Source of the DNA: an uncultured delta proteobacterium
GTDB lineage: Bacteria > Desulfobacterota > Binatia > Binatales > Binataceae
NCBI GenBank assembly: GCA_963808235.1
Contig: CAWEEQ010000004.1
Span: forward strand, 1,600,001 to 1,664,000
Direction: 5' to 3'
DNA length: 64,000 nt
A model generated the notes under the pieces. The model saw only the letters and a list, made by a program, of their open reading frames with translations, ran no database searches and was not told the origin of the DNA. Positions 28,410 through 38,542 of this stretch are shown here, one piece after another. A program made the position numbers and the translations under genes. Numbering within the stretch: position 1 is the stretch's first letter; each line of letters opens with the position of its first letter.

Positions 28410-28844
28410 ATGAAAAAAGAGACTCTCGGACAGGTACTCAAACAACGCCGCGAGGCATACGCGCTTACCCAACGCGAACTCGCGCGCAAGCTCGGGGTCA
28501 AGGCCAGCCACGTCGCATACCTGGAGAACGGCCGGCGGCGACCGTCGCTATCGCTGCTGGCCCGGCTCGCCGATACGCTCGAACTCAACAAGCAACGCCT
28601 GTTCCTGCTCACCCATCCCGAGGCGGAAGGAATTATCGGGGCGCGGGCCGAGGCTTCGCCGGCCAAACGGTCGGACAACGCGTGGCGCAGGTTTATCTCC
28701 AACCGCGGCGTGCTCGCGCGTCACAAAGTTACCGACCAGGAACTCAAGGTGCTGCAGAAAGTCAACATGCTCGGCCGCGTATCGGCGCCGAGCCAATTTT
28801 TGTTCATCTTGAATTCGATCCGGCAAGCCGTCGAAGAAGAGTAG
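28410..28844 (+). CDS. XRE-family HTH transcriptional regulator
   Basis: LTQRELARKLGVKASHVAYLENGRRRPS. Confidence 0.88.
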   Translation: MKKETLGQVLKQRREAYALTQRELARKLGVKASHVAYLENGRRRPSLSLLARLADTLELNKQRLFLLTHPEAEGIIGARAEASPAKRSDNAWRRFISNRGVLARHKVTDQELKVLQKVNMLGRVSAPSQFLFILNSIRQAVEEE

Positions 28845-28976
28845 CGTCCATCTTCTTCGCAGGCGGCATTCCGGGGCTCGGACGCAAAGAGTCCGCAAAA
28901 CTCGAGTCCACAAAGTCGAACCGGTTGAGCATACGGAGGCGATGGTCTAGGCTCAGAGGCGGAATTTCCGCGTGCG

Positions 28977-29240
28977 ATGAAGATCGATATCGACCTCAAG
29001 TCAGGGTTTCTGCAAAACCTCAAGCGCGAGGTGCTCGATTCTCTCAGCGTCGAGGAACGCGCGATCATCGAGGTTTCCACCGGTGAGATGGGCAACAAGC
29101 CCGACGCGGTGAAGCTCGGATGGCTCAAGATGCGGACCAAGGAACCCTGGACCAAGCAGCGCTACACCAAGGCGCTCGCGCGGACGATGGAAAAGCTGCG
29201 CGAAGCTGTGGCACTGGCGGAGAAGAATCGAAAAGATTGA
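28977..29240 (+). CDS. Hypothetical protein, possibly sigma70 region-4-like
   Basis: Genome-like codon usage; EVLDSLSVEERAIIE..ALARTMEKLR. Confidence 0.65.
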   Translation: MKIDIDLKSGFLQNLKREVLDSLSVEERAIIEVSTGEMGNKPDAVKLGWLKMRTKEPWTKQRYTKALARTMEKLREAVALAEKNRKD

Positions 29241-29269
29241 TCGAGCAGCGAGTGCGGCGCGCGCCGTCG

Positions 29270-30469
29270 TCACGGCTCAATTCGAGCGACTCGCCGTTTT
29301 CCCACTTCGAGCACCTTGTGCTCGCCCGGCACGAAGCGAAAATTCACGTCGGTAATTGTGCGGCCGTCGACGCGCACCGCGCCCTGGCTCAAGAGTCGGC
29401 GAGCCTCGCTGGTGGAGGCGGTGAACTGCAATTGTTTCATCAGTTCGCAAATCCACAGATCCTCGGCGATTCGATAGACCTGGGCGTTGGGCGGAACCTC
29501 GCGGCGCTGATGCTTGCTTTCGAAGTACTCACGGGCGCGAAGCGCCGCGTCCTCACCGCGATATTCCCTGACGATCGTTTCCGCGAGTTTCTTTTTCGCT
29601 TCCATCGGATGAATCGAGCCTGACTTCACCGCCGCGACCTCCTCCGGCCGGGCGCTGGTCAGCAATTCGTAATATCGAACGGTCAGCGAGTCGGGTATCG
29701 ACATGAGCTTGCCGTACATGTCCTCGGGTTTGTCGGTCAGGCCGACGTAGTTGCCGTACGACTTGGACATTTTGCGCACGCCGTCGAGGCCTTCGAGCAG
29801 CGGCATCGTCATCACGACTTGCGGGGTCTGTCCGAAATGTCGTTGCAGCTCGCGGCCAAGCAGCATGTTGAACTTCTGGTCGGTGCCGCCGATCTCGAGG
29901 TCAGCTTCGAGCGCGACGGAATCGTAACCCTGGACGAGCGGGTAGAGCAGTTCGTGCAGGAAGAGCGGCTCCTGGTCGGCGAGCCGTTTCTCGAAGTCGT
30001 CACGCTCGAGGAGACGCGCGACGCTGATGTGCGCGGCAATTTCGATTAACTTCCGCACCCCTAGCTCGTCCATCCATTCGCTGTTGAATCGCACCTCTGT
30101 GCGATCGGGATCGAGAATCTGAAACGCCTGGGTGCGATAGGTTTCGGCGTTGCGCGTGATCTGTTCCCGTTTCAGGGGCGGGCGGGTCTCGGAGCGGCCG
30201 GTAGGATCTCCGATCTTCGCGGTGAAGTCGCCGACCAGAAAGATGACGGTGTGTCCGGCGCGCTGGAAATCGCGCAGCTTTTTCAGAGTCAGGCTGTGGC
30301 CGAGATGGAGATCGGGCGCAGTCGGATCCATCCCGAGCTTGATTCTCAGCGGTCGTTCCAGCGCGACCTTCGCCGCGAACTCAGCGGGCGAGATAACCTC
30401 TGCGGCGCCATGGGCAAGCGCGCCAGGCTGCTGGTTCGTCTGATCTTCGCTCACGGCTGGTTTCTTCAC
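29270..30469 (-). CDS. tyrS: Tyrosine--tRNA ligase
   Basis: DPTAPDLHLGH, GGTDQKFN, KMSKS, C-terminal S4 domain. Confidence 0.97.
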   Translation of the reverse strand: MKKPAVSEDQTNQQPGALAHGAAEVISPAEFAAKVALERPLRIKLGMDPTAPDLHLGHSLTLKKLRDFQRAGHTVIFLVGDFTAKIGDPTGRSETRPPLKREQITRNAETYRTQAFQILDPDRTEVRFNSEWMDELGVRKLIEIAAHISVARLLERDDFEKRLADQEPLFLHELLYPLVQGYDSVALEADLEIGGTDQKFNMLLGRELQRHFGQTPQVVMTMPLLEGLDGVRKMSKSYGNYVGLTDKPEDMYGKLMSIPDSLTVRYYELLTSARPEEVAAVKSGSIHPMEAKKKLAETIVREYRGEDAALRAREYFESKHQRREVPPNAQVYRIAEDLWICELMKQLQFTASTSEARRLLSQGAVRVDGRTITDVNFRFVPGEHKVLEVGKRRVARIEP

Positions 30470-30555
30470 TTCGCTTCGTCAGTGTCCTTGTGGACCTAAA
30501 GGTACAGGATTTTTTACGCAGCGGAAGAGCCCGCGCGTTGTCGACTGGACACCGG

Positions 30556-31044
30556 TCATTGATTAGCGGCGTGGTTGCCAGGGACGCGTGCTTGTTCTTC
30601 CGCGGCTCTCAGCCGGCGGCGGACTAGTGCGGCCAGCATGATTTGCGGCTGCGGAATCATGCCCAAGCCGCTCAAGCGCCGGCTCACCACCCCGAGCGCG
30701 TGATGATGGATCAGGCCGATCTGCCGCAAACGCAACTTGCGGTTGGGGAACTCGAACACGCCCGCTTTACGCGCGTGGGAAAGGGTTCGCCGGTGTACTC
30801 CGAAACATGTTGGCCCGTAGACCTCGCTCAGCAACCACAGATCAAGCTCGCCGAGTCCTCTCATGCACCAGCCGATGCACTGATAGTCGTCGATCGCATT
30901 TGCAGCGCTCGGACAGGCGACCGTCGGCAGTTCATCGGCGACCAGACGCGTGGCGCGGCCTCGATGCAGCAACTCGCGCAGACGAAAATAGAAGCGCAGA
31001 GCGTCCTCCGCTCTTTTAAAGCGGGTTTTGTTTTCGTAAAGCAT
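30556..31044 (-). CDS. Hypothetical protein, possibly sigma70 region-4-like C-terminus
   Basis: GGAGG RBS; ATG start; LDLWLLSEVYG..RTLSH..LRQIGLIHHHAL. Confidence 0.6.
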   Translation of the reverse strand: MLYENKTRFKRAEDALRFYFRLRELLHRGRATRLVADELPTVACPSAANAIDDYQCIGWCMRGLGELDLWLLSEVYGPTCFGVHRRTLSHARKAGVFEFPNRKLRLRQIGLIHHHALGVVSRRLSGLGMIPQPQIMLAALVRRRLRAAEEQARVPGNHAANQ

Positions 31045-31291
31045 TCGCAGCCCCTCCCCACGAGGTTTACGAGGACCGCGCGCTATGCGGGTGGCCGATG
31101 GGGTGAAACCCTATCCGGTTCTCTTTCGTCTTGGAGCGACAAAGCAGCCGAACGGAGCGCCAAACGTACCCGCCGTCACGCGACGAGAGCCCCAATGCAA
31201 ACTGCTCTAGCGCGACACGAGTCACTAAGTCAACAGATTGATTATACTTTCCCACATTTTGTTATTACGGTTCAACGACCCACCGTGCAAT

Positions 31292-31957
31292 CTATCCGCG
31301 CTGATTGTAACGGTTCATCGCGCGTTCCAGTCCCGACTCTGCGATCGCCTCGACCGCGTTCGCGGCGCGGTCGAGATTGGCGGCAAGCGCCTGGCGTTCG
31401 ACGGAGTTCATCGATCTCAGCAGGTAGTCCTTGTTCTCATCCTGATCCGGGGGGCGGCCAATTCCGATTCGTACGCGGATGAATTCAGTCGTTCCCAGAG
31501 CCTCCGCGATCGAATGAACGCCGCGATTGCCTGCGTCGCCACCACCGCGTTTGATTTGCAGCCGGCCCGCCTCGAGATCGAGTTCATCATGCACCACAAT
31601 CAGGCGCTCGGGTGCGATTTTGAAGTATCCGAGCAGGTCTGCCACGCACTCGCCGCTCAGATTGTAAAAGGTCTGCGGCTTCACCAGCAGCGCGGATTTG
31701 CCGGCCAGGACGACTTCAGCGATGAGGCCCTTGAACTTGCGGCGACCAAGCTCGACGCCATTGGCTTTGGCGATTCGATCGATAGTCATGAATCCGGAGT
31801 TGTGCCGCGAGCGCGCGTATTCATCGCCGGGGTTTCCGAGACCGGCGACAACCCACTCAATGGATGAACGCGTTTCGGAATCGGACTTTTTGCTGGATTC
31901 GCGCGACGATCGGAATGCTCCGAACAGGCGCTTGACTGCCGCCATCAGGTTTCCCAC
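31292..31957 (-). CDS. pth: Peptidyl-tRNA hydrolase
   Basis: GLGNPG..RHNSGF, KPQTFYNLSG, VVHDELD, RVRIGIGRP. Confidence 0.93.
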   Translation of the reverse strand: MGNLMAAVKRLFGAFRSSRESSKKSDSETRSSIEWVVAGLGNPGDEYARSRHNSGFMTIDRIAKANGVELGRRKFKGLIAEVVLAGKSALLVKPQTFYNLSGECVADLLGYFKIAPERLIVVHDELDLEAGRLQIKRGGGDAGNRGVHSIAEALGTTEFIRVRIGIGRPPDQDENKDYLLRSMNSVERQALAANLDRAANAVEAIAESGLERAMNRYNQRG

Positions 31958-31961
31958 GTGC

Positions 31962-33041
31962 TCACGTCCGCACGCGACGCCGCGACGGAGCCGCGCGGAC
32001 CAACGGCGCCAACGCTTTGAACAGGGCGGTCATCTCGGCGGGAGTTCCGATGGAAATGCGAAGCGCGTCGCGAAGCATCGGCGTCGCGAAGTGGCGGACC
32101 AGAATTCCAGCCCGCCGGAGCCCGCGCGCGACGGGCGCCATGTCGCGGCCGAACATTCGCGCCAGCACGAAATTTGCCTGCGAGGGCGGCACGATGAAGC
32201 CGAGCGCGCGCAGTCGCGCCTCGGTATGCGCCCGCGTACGCCGTACTTTCTCGACATTGCGCCGCATCCAGGCAGAGTCGCGCAACGCCTCCGCACCGGC
32301 GGCAAGCGCGACCCGACTCAAATTGTAAGAGTCCTTCACCTTCATCAGCGCGTCGATCACCGACGGATGCGCGAAGCACAAGCCCAGCCGCATCCCGGCC
32401 AGCGAGTACGACTTCGAGAGCGTGCGAAGAACCACGACGTTGCGATGGCGGCGCACGAGCGCGAGTGCGTTCTCATTGGCGAAGTCAACGTATGCTTCAT
32501 CGATCACGAGCAATCTATCGCCGAGTCGCCTGGCGAGCGCAGCCAGGCTGCGGCGCGGAACGAGTGTTCCCGACGGCGAATTCGGGTTGCATACGATAGT
32601 AAGATTGGCGCGCGCGGCTGCGAGATCGTCAAGCGGAAGCTCGAAGTCGATCCCCAGCGGGAAATGGAGGATTCGAGCCTCCTGCACCAGAGCCAAGGTA
32701 TCGTACAGCGAGTAGGTCGGCACCGAGTAAGCTACCGTGTCGCCAGCGCCCAGCGTCGCGCGAAAGAGCATCGCGAGGAGCTCATCGGATCCGTTCCCCG
32801 CGAGGATCATGGTGCGAGGCATGGAGTAAATCCGCGCGGCGCTTTCCACGAACTCATCGGCGCGCGGCGCTGGATACAGGCGCAGCGCAGATCCGGCGAT
32901 AGCCCTGGCAATCGCGCGGGCGACTCGCGGCGACGGCGGATACGGATTTTCGTTCGTGTTGAGCTTGATAATGCGCTGTCCCGGGCGCGGCTGCTCGCCG
33001 GGACTATAGGGAGCCATCCTTTTGATCGATTCGCGAAACAT
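31962..33041 (-). CDS. hisC: Histidinol-phosphate aminotransferase
   Basis: KLNTNENPY, GNGSDE, NPNSPSG, DEAY, RTLSKSYSLAGMRLG. Confidence 0.93.
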   Translation of the reverse strand: MFRESIKRMAPYSPGEQPRPGQRIIKLNTNENPYPPSPRVARAIARAIAGSALRLYPAPRADEFVESAARIYSMPRTMILAGNGSDELLAMLFRATLGAGDTVAYSVPTYSLYDTLALVQEARILHFPLGIDFELPLDDLAAARANLTIVCNPNSPSGTLVPRRSLAALARRLGDRLLVIDEAYVDFANENALALVRRHRNVVVLRTLSKSYSLAGMRLGLCFAHPSVIDALMKVKDSYNLSRVALAAGAEALRDSAWMRRNVEKVRRTRAHTEARLRALGFIVPPSQANFVLARMFGRDMAPVARGLRRAGILVRHFATPMLRDALRISIGTPAEMTALFKALAPLVRAAPSRRRVRT

Positions 33042-33050
33042 CTGGATTTA

Positions 33051-34091
33051 CTAATCCAATGGCAGCTTGATGCGAGTTCCGGTTCGCGACGAACGATAGC
33101 AGGCTTCGACCGCTTCGACAGCGCGCAGACCGTCATTGCCGTCGGGCGAGGGCGTCGCAAGGCCGTGGATCGAAGCGACAAAATTCGCCGCCAGCGCGCG
33201 AAAAGGAGCGAGCAGATCGTGCGGATCGAATCGACTCAGCACTTCTTCGCGCGAGAATCCCGGGGCAGGAGTACCGTCGGCCTTCAGGATTGCTATATCC
33301 TGACGCGGGTAACCAATCATCAGGCGGCCCTCGGTGCCGTAAATTTCCATTACCGAGAGCGGCGGCATGCTGCTCCAGCTCGCTTCGACGACACCGATCG
33401 CGCCTGATTTGAATTGCAAGATCATCGCGCCGGTGTCATCGACATCAATCTCCTTCACGAGCGTCGCGACCTTCCCAGAAATCGATTCGATTTCCCCCAT
33501 GATCCAAATTGCGAGGTCCGCGACGTGGACTCCGAGGTCGAGCATCGCGCCGCCGCCAGCTTCAGAGGCCAGCATAAACCAGTTCTGTCCGGGCGCCCAC
33601 GATTCCGGGCCGCCGTGCGAGAGGCGAGCGCGGATGAAGTGCGGTTTTCCGATTGCGCCGCTCGAGACCGCATCCTTGATGGCGCGTTCGAGTCCTCCGA
33701 ACCGCCGCTGCATCGCGACCATCAGCACGCGCCCTGCCCTGGCGGCCGCATCGACCATCTTTCGTGCGGCGCCGACCGTCGGCGCCATCGGTTTTTCAAC
33801 GAGCACGTGGGCGCCGGTATCGAGCGCTTTTAGTGTCAGCTCGCAATGCAAATGGTTAGGCGTGAAGACGCAGACCGCGTCTGGATGCTCGCGCGAGAGC
33901 ATTGCGTCGAAATCCGAGTAGGTTTTGGGGCGTTCGTCGGCACCGGGCCAAATCGAGTGCGCGACCCGATCGGCTTTCTCCACGGTACGGCTCTGCAACG
34001 CCACAATTTTCGCGTCGGCGACGCTCATCAACGCCGGGATGTGCGCGCGCTCGGCGATCGCGCCGGTACCGGAAATGGCAATCCTGATCAT
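33051..34091 (-). CDS. Gfo/Idh/MocA family oxidoreductase
   Basis: GTGAIA, HVLVEKPMA, GGGAMLDLGVH; ATGA overlap with cutA. Confidence 0.92.
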   Translation of the reverse strand: MIRIAISGTGAIAERAHIPALMSVADAKIVALQSRTVEKADRVAHSIWPGADERPKTYSDFDAMLSREHPDAVCVFTPNHLHCELTLKALDTGAHVLVEKPMAPTVGAARKMVDAAARAGRVLMVAMQRRFGGLERAIKDAVSSGAIGKPHFIRARLSHGGPESWAPGQNWFMLASEAGGGAMLDLGVHVADLAIWIMGEIESISGKVATLVKEIDVDDTGAMILQFKSGAIGVVEASWSSMPPLSVMEIYGTEGRLMIGYPRQDIAILKADGTPAPGFSREEVLSRFDPHDLLAPFRALAANFVASIHGLATPSPDGNDGLRAVEAVEACYRSSRTGTRIKLPLD

Positions 34092-34486
34092 CGCGAGGTG
34101 CCTGGGCGATTTTTCGCCCGCTTCTTCGTACTCGAGGCGGCGATCGTGTGAGCCGCGCGGGTCGTGTCGAGCAGCCACTGGATGTATGGAGGCGAGCCCC
34201 GATCCGCCGTCAGTGCCAGTACTTCAGGGACTTCGTAGGTGTGCAGCTCGCGCACCCGGCGTTCGACTTTCATGTAAAGCGTCGCCCGAGTTTTGATAAG
34301 CAGCAGAAATTCGCGGTCGTCCTCGATCGCGTCGCGCCATCGATAGACCGACGTGATCGGACCGATGATGTTCACACAGGCCGCAAGGCGTTCGGAGACC
34401 AGCGCGCGCGCGATTGACAGTGCCTGCTCTTCATCCTGAGTGGTTGCGAGAATAATTCTCAACTTGTGCGGCGTTCGGAGTGGCAT
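34088..34486 (-). CDS. cutA: Divalent-cation tolerance protein
   Basis: LAACVNI..SVYRW..E..LLIKT..LHTYEVPE. Confidence 0.92.
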   Translation of the reverse strand: MPLRTPHKLRIILATTQDEEQALSIARALVSERLAACVNIIGPITSVYRWRDAIEDDREFLLLIKTRATLYMKVERRVRELHTYEVPEVLALTADRGSPPYIQWLLDTTRAAHTIAASSTKKRAKNRPGTSR

Positions 34487-34488
34487 AC

Positions 34489-34737
34489 TCAGCGACCGAC
34501 CTCACGCAGAAGGCGTTTGCGCAGTTCCTTGGGAGTGCATCGGTACTTGAATGCCTTGCGCTCGTTCACGAACAGGACCGGCACTTCGATTCCGAAGCGC
34601 GTTTCCAGATCGGGATCTCCGTCGATTTCAATTCGTTGGATTTGTGCGTCGAATTTTGGCAGTTCGGCCGCAATTATTTCTTCCATCTCGCGGCAAAGCT
34701 CGCAGTCGTTTCGGGTGTACAGAATCAAGTCGATCAT
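34489..34737 (-). CDS. Glutaredoxin-like protein (DUF836 type)
   Basis: LYTRNDCELC..IEVPVL. Confidence 0.85.
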   Translation of the reverse strand: MIDLILYTRNDCELCREMEEIIAAELPKFDAQIQRIEIDGDPDLETRFGIEVPVLFVNERKAFKYRCTPKELRKRLLREVGR

Positions 34738-34772
34738 GAGTCGGCGGGTATCGGAATACTCTTCGGGGTACT

Positions 34773-35480
34773 CTAGCGATCGTCGCGCAGGACTCCAAGC
34801 CGCTCCAGGACCGCCTCGGTCGCGGGGCATGGCGATGCGCTCGATCGGCGCGCCGCTCGCGAGAGTCGCAGATGCACAGCCAACATCATCACGTCGCTCC
34901 ATCGATCGACGTCGTACCATGCGGGTCCCAGCGCGTAATGAACGCCGGCGCGTTTAAGGCGTATGGTAGTCGCGTCGAGAACTCCGCGACCGCCCCATCT
35001 AATCGCAGTGAAGATTGGGGGCATCGCGCCGCGCACGCCGACCGCGTAGTAGCCCCCATCGAGGCTCGGTGCGATTACGATGCGATTGCGGCGGAGAGCG
35101 CCGATGCTTTTTTCGAGCAGGGCGGGCGGAAGCGACGGCGTATCGGTGCCCATCAGCAGCGCGCCGAACGATGCGAACGGCTCGAGCGCCCGCGCCATTC
35201 GAGCGCCGAGCGATCCACTACCCTGATCGATGAGCGCGGCGCCGAAGCGTTTCGCGATGCGGCGAAAGTATTTGCTGCCGCTGGCGCCATCGGGCGCGCT
35301 CGCCGCGATCACGATCCTGGAGGCATTGACCGACACGGCCTTGGCGAGCGCATCGACTATGAATGCGTCGGCGAGCAGGGCAGCGCCTCGCGGCGTGAGT
35401 CGGCCAATCAGACGAGTCTTGGCGAGGTGCGGAATGGGTTCACGGCAGAAGACGATCAGTGCGGGCCGCGACCCGTTCAT
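34773..35480 (-). CDS. TIGR04282/DUF2064 glycosyltransferase-like protein
   Basis: AKTRL, QGSGSLGARM, GTDTP, DGGYY, WYDVD. Confidence 0.85.
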   Translation of the reverse strand: MNGSRPALIVFCREPIPHLAKTRLIGRLTPRGAALLADAFIVDALAKAVSVNASRIVIAASAPDGASGSKYFRRIAKRFGAALIDQGSGSLGARMARALEPFASFGALLMGTDTPSLPPALLEKSIGALRRNRIVIAPSLDGGYYAVGVRGAMPPIFTAIRWGGRGVLDATTIRLKRAGVHYALGPAWYDVDRWSDVMMLAVHLRLSRAARRSSASPCPATEAVLERLGVLRDDR

Positions 35481-38400
35481 TTGATGGTGTTGGGCCGAAT
35501 GATGTTTATCGGCATGCCGAGCGTCTTCTTGACGAACTCCGCGACCGACGTGATCGGCTTGGGCACGATCGAAGGGTCGTCGATCGGGCCGGACACCTGG
35601 AAGTAGGCCGCGACCAGCTTGCCGGTTCCGGCGATCCGCTCGCCGATCAGTGGAATTTTATCGAGCACCCAATTGACAGTATCGAACGGAAACATGCCGA
35701 CCTGCAGATCGAGCGAGCTCGCGCCGAACTGGATGCTGCCCGTCGCGGTAATATCCATCACCGGACCCTGCAGCACAAAGTTGTCGGTATAAAACAGACC
35801 GCCGCTACCCTTGAAATCGGCGATGATCGATTTGAAAGGCACACCGTTCACGCGCGGATCCGGAATCTGCGCGCTCAGCCAATTCTTGATGTCGATAAAA
35901 CTCAACAGGCGCGAGAGCAAGGTGAATTTATTGAGGGTGCCGTCGCGGACCGTGATGGACATATCGCCGGCGAGAGTTTCGAAAAAGTTGGTGTCGGTGT
36001 TGCCCCACAAATCGGCGGCCAGGTTGAGATGCCCGAGCAGCGGCGAGCGCGGATTCTTGCCGCCGAGCATGAACAATGGCGCGGGATCCATGTCGGCGAC
36101 GCTGCCCTTCATTTCGATCCAGTTGTCGGGCGCGCGACCGATGAGCTCGATTTTCATCTTCCCGCGATAGGCGGTCGCGCTCATGTTGTAGACGTGCCAG
36201 GAAGTATCGGGGCTGCGGGTGAAGTCTGTTTTCAGATCGGTCATTTGAAATTCGCCGAGATTACCGGCTCTCGCCTCGATGTGACCGCTGGCGGGAATTT
36301 TGAAATTGATTGGCGGCGTGGCGGGCGACCACGGCATCCGGATGAACTTCATGACCTCGAGATCCAGCCTCTGAACGATCGCGTCAATACGAATCGAGGG
36401 ATGGGTGTAGTCGGGCACCGTGACCTTGAAGTTGATGGCCTGATTCTCCAGCTTCGACCCCGGCATCGAGAACACGACCGACTTGCGATGCATCGTCAGC
36501 GTCGCGCCCTGCACCAGCAGCGGCGCGCGCAAAAAGTTGAACTGCACGTTACCATTGGCGAGTGTCAACTTTCCTTCGGGCGTGAAGCGGGAAGGATCGC
36601 GAGGATCGCTGTTGACGACCACGCGCCCGCCGATCGGCCCGCTCACCGCAAAGTCGCTGGGATCGATCAGCAGCGTGACCCAGAGCTGGGACGGGAAGTC
36701 ATGAAAGTCGAGGGTCAATCGTGAACCGCGACGCCGGGTGAGACGAAATTCAATTCGCCATCGAGGGTCGCATCGCCACCGGTCGCGGAAAGCATCAGAT
36801 GGTTGAACTTGATTGAGCTCGGCGTGATCGCGACATTGCCCCGCCGGACCTCGAGCGGGCCCGGGGAGCCTTTGATGTGTCACCACGGCGCCCACCGCGT
36901 CGGCGCGGATCTGAAAATTGGTCGGCGGCACCGGTTTCGTGGCGCTCAATTTCCCGGAAGCGTTCGCGACCAAATCGACCCGACCGCTCAGGCGCTCCAA
37001 CCTGGCGCGTTCCCTCACTTGATATAAGTCAAGGAATCTTGCGATCGCGGGATGCAGCTCGGCGAGATCGGCCTTCATGTCAACGCTGGTTCGATAGTCC
37101 GCGCCGTCGATTCCGCCAGCCAGGTTGGCGCTCGCAGTCAGATCATTAAATGTTGAGTTTCCAAACTTTGCGGAGCCCTGCGAAATAGTCAGGATCCCTT
37201 TTTCGTAGCGCAACTGCGCACTCAGATCTTCGACCGGAGGCAACTTGGTCTCGGGAGGAATTACGAAGCCGGCATCTTCGATCATGCCGCCGACAACCAG
37301 GTTCTTGCGAATCGTCTCGAGCGGCGCGGTGCTGATTTCCTGCAGCGCGGCGCTCAGCGTCGCACCGCCCACGCTCACCTTGCCCGGTTTAATCCGCTTG
37401 ATCATTTCCACCACGTCGGCCGGCAGGCGGCGGACTGAGAGCAATCTTTGCTTGAGGGCGCCAGCGTCGAAATGAAATGGGTGGAGATGAATTCCGAGTT
37501 CGGGATGGTCGCCATTGGGACCGCTCAGCACCGTGTCGCCGGACAGCAGCGGAGTGTCGACGCGCCGCAAAACGATCTGCGTCAGCGCATAACTGCCGTC
37601 GGTCATGTTCAACCCGGCGTGCAGGGAATAGCCGCCGAGCTCGATCGGTGTGAGTAAGCCGATCGCCCTTGAGCAGCAGATTCTGCGCGTTGGCGTCGGT
37701 CGCGCCAGTCAACGAGCCATCGTTGTGGAGCCGGAACTTGACGCTCGCCTGCATCGCGCCCGACCAGCGCGAGGCCCTCCACCTCGATTCCGTTCAGCGG
37801 CACGTTCCAGGTCCATACCGCTCCATGCGCAAATTCGTCGGGAGGCAATGTCGCTGCTGGGACCGACGCTTAGCCTGCCGCTCAGTTGCGCTCCGGCGAC
37901 GGGCGCGCCGAGCATCGAACCGTCGAACGCGAACCGCCAGCGGTTGGGCTCGCGTCGCGTTCGATACGCCGTGATTTCCACATGATTGGCAAGCGGCGTG
38001 CCATCGGAATAACGCACCGTGGCGTCGCTCGCCTCAACGTTCCATGCAATCCGCGCGAGCGAGCGCAGCACGTCATTGAGCGCGGCGGTCGTCTGCGGTC
38101 CCGGACGCGGCATCGGAACCGCGGAAGCGTTGGATGAAGGTACGGGGAGCGTGATTTCGGGACTGGTCGCGGTCAGCTTGTAGAGTGGAAGTCCGGTGGC
38201 GGTGAAAATCGAGTGATAGGAGACGATCGCGCGGAGCGTTTTGAGCTTGACGAGTTCATGGCCGTCGGCAATGACCTGCGGCTCGTCGAGCACGACGATC
38301 AGATGAGGGCCAAGATGCACCGAGCTTGAGCGAGGAATGATATCGACGCCGGTGCGATTTCTGACCGAAGCCAGAACGTAGACGACGATGCGCGCCTGGT

Positions 38401-38482
38401 TGAAAACGATCAGGGCCGCCGAACCACCGACCAGGATCACCGTGAGGAGTCCGAGGAGCGCGGCGATTCGGGCCAGTCTCAT
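35477..38482 (-). pseudogene. AsmA-like/YhdP family large periplasmic protein, broken by ~5 frameshifts (probably sequencing errors)
   Basis: N-terminal TM (37709..38482); beta-rich segments continue across frames; AsmA_2-type C-terminus (DKIPLIG..YFQVSGPIDDPSI). Confidence 0.75.
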
Positions 38483-38542
38483 GATTGCCGTGACGCGATT
38501 AGCACGTCCGCTCTGGCGCCGTTGGCCGGTCCCGCGAAGTGG

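Noticed and set aside
34134-34146. 13-bp match to the tRNA-Cys 3' region as an att site
   Set aside because: Short, GC-rich, inside cutA, and the intervening region is core housekeeping genes
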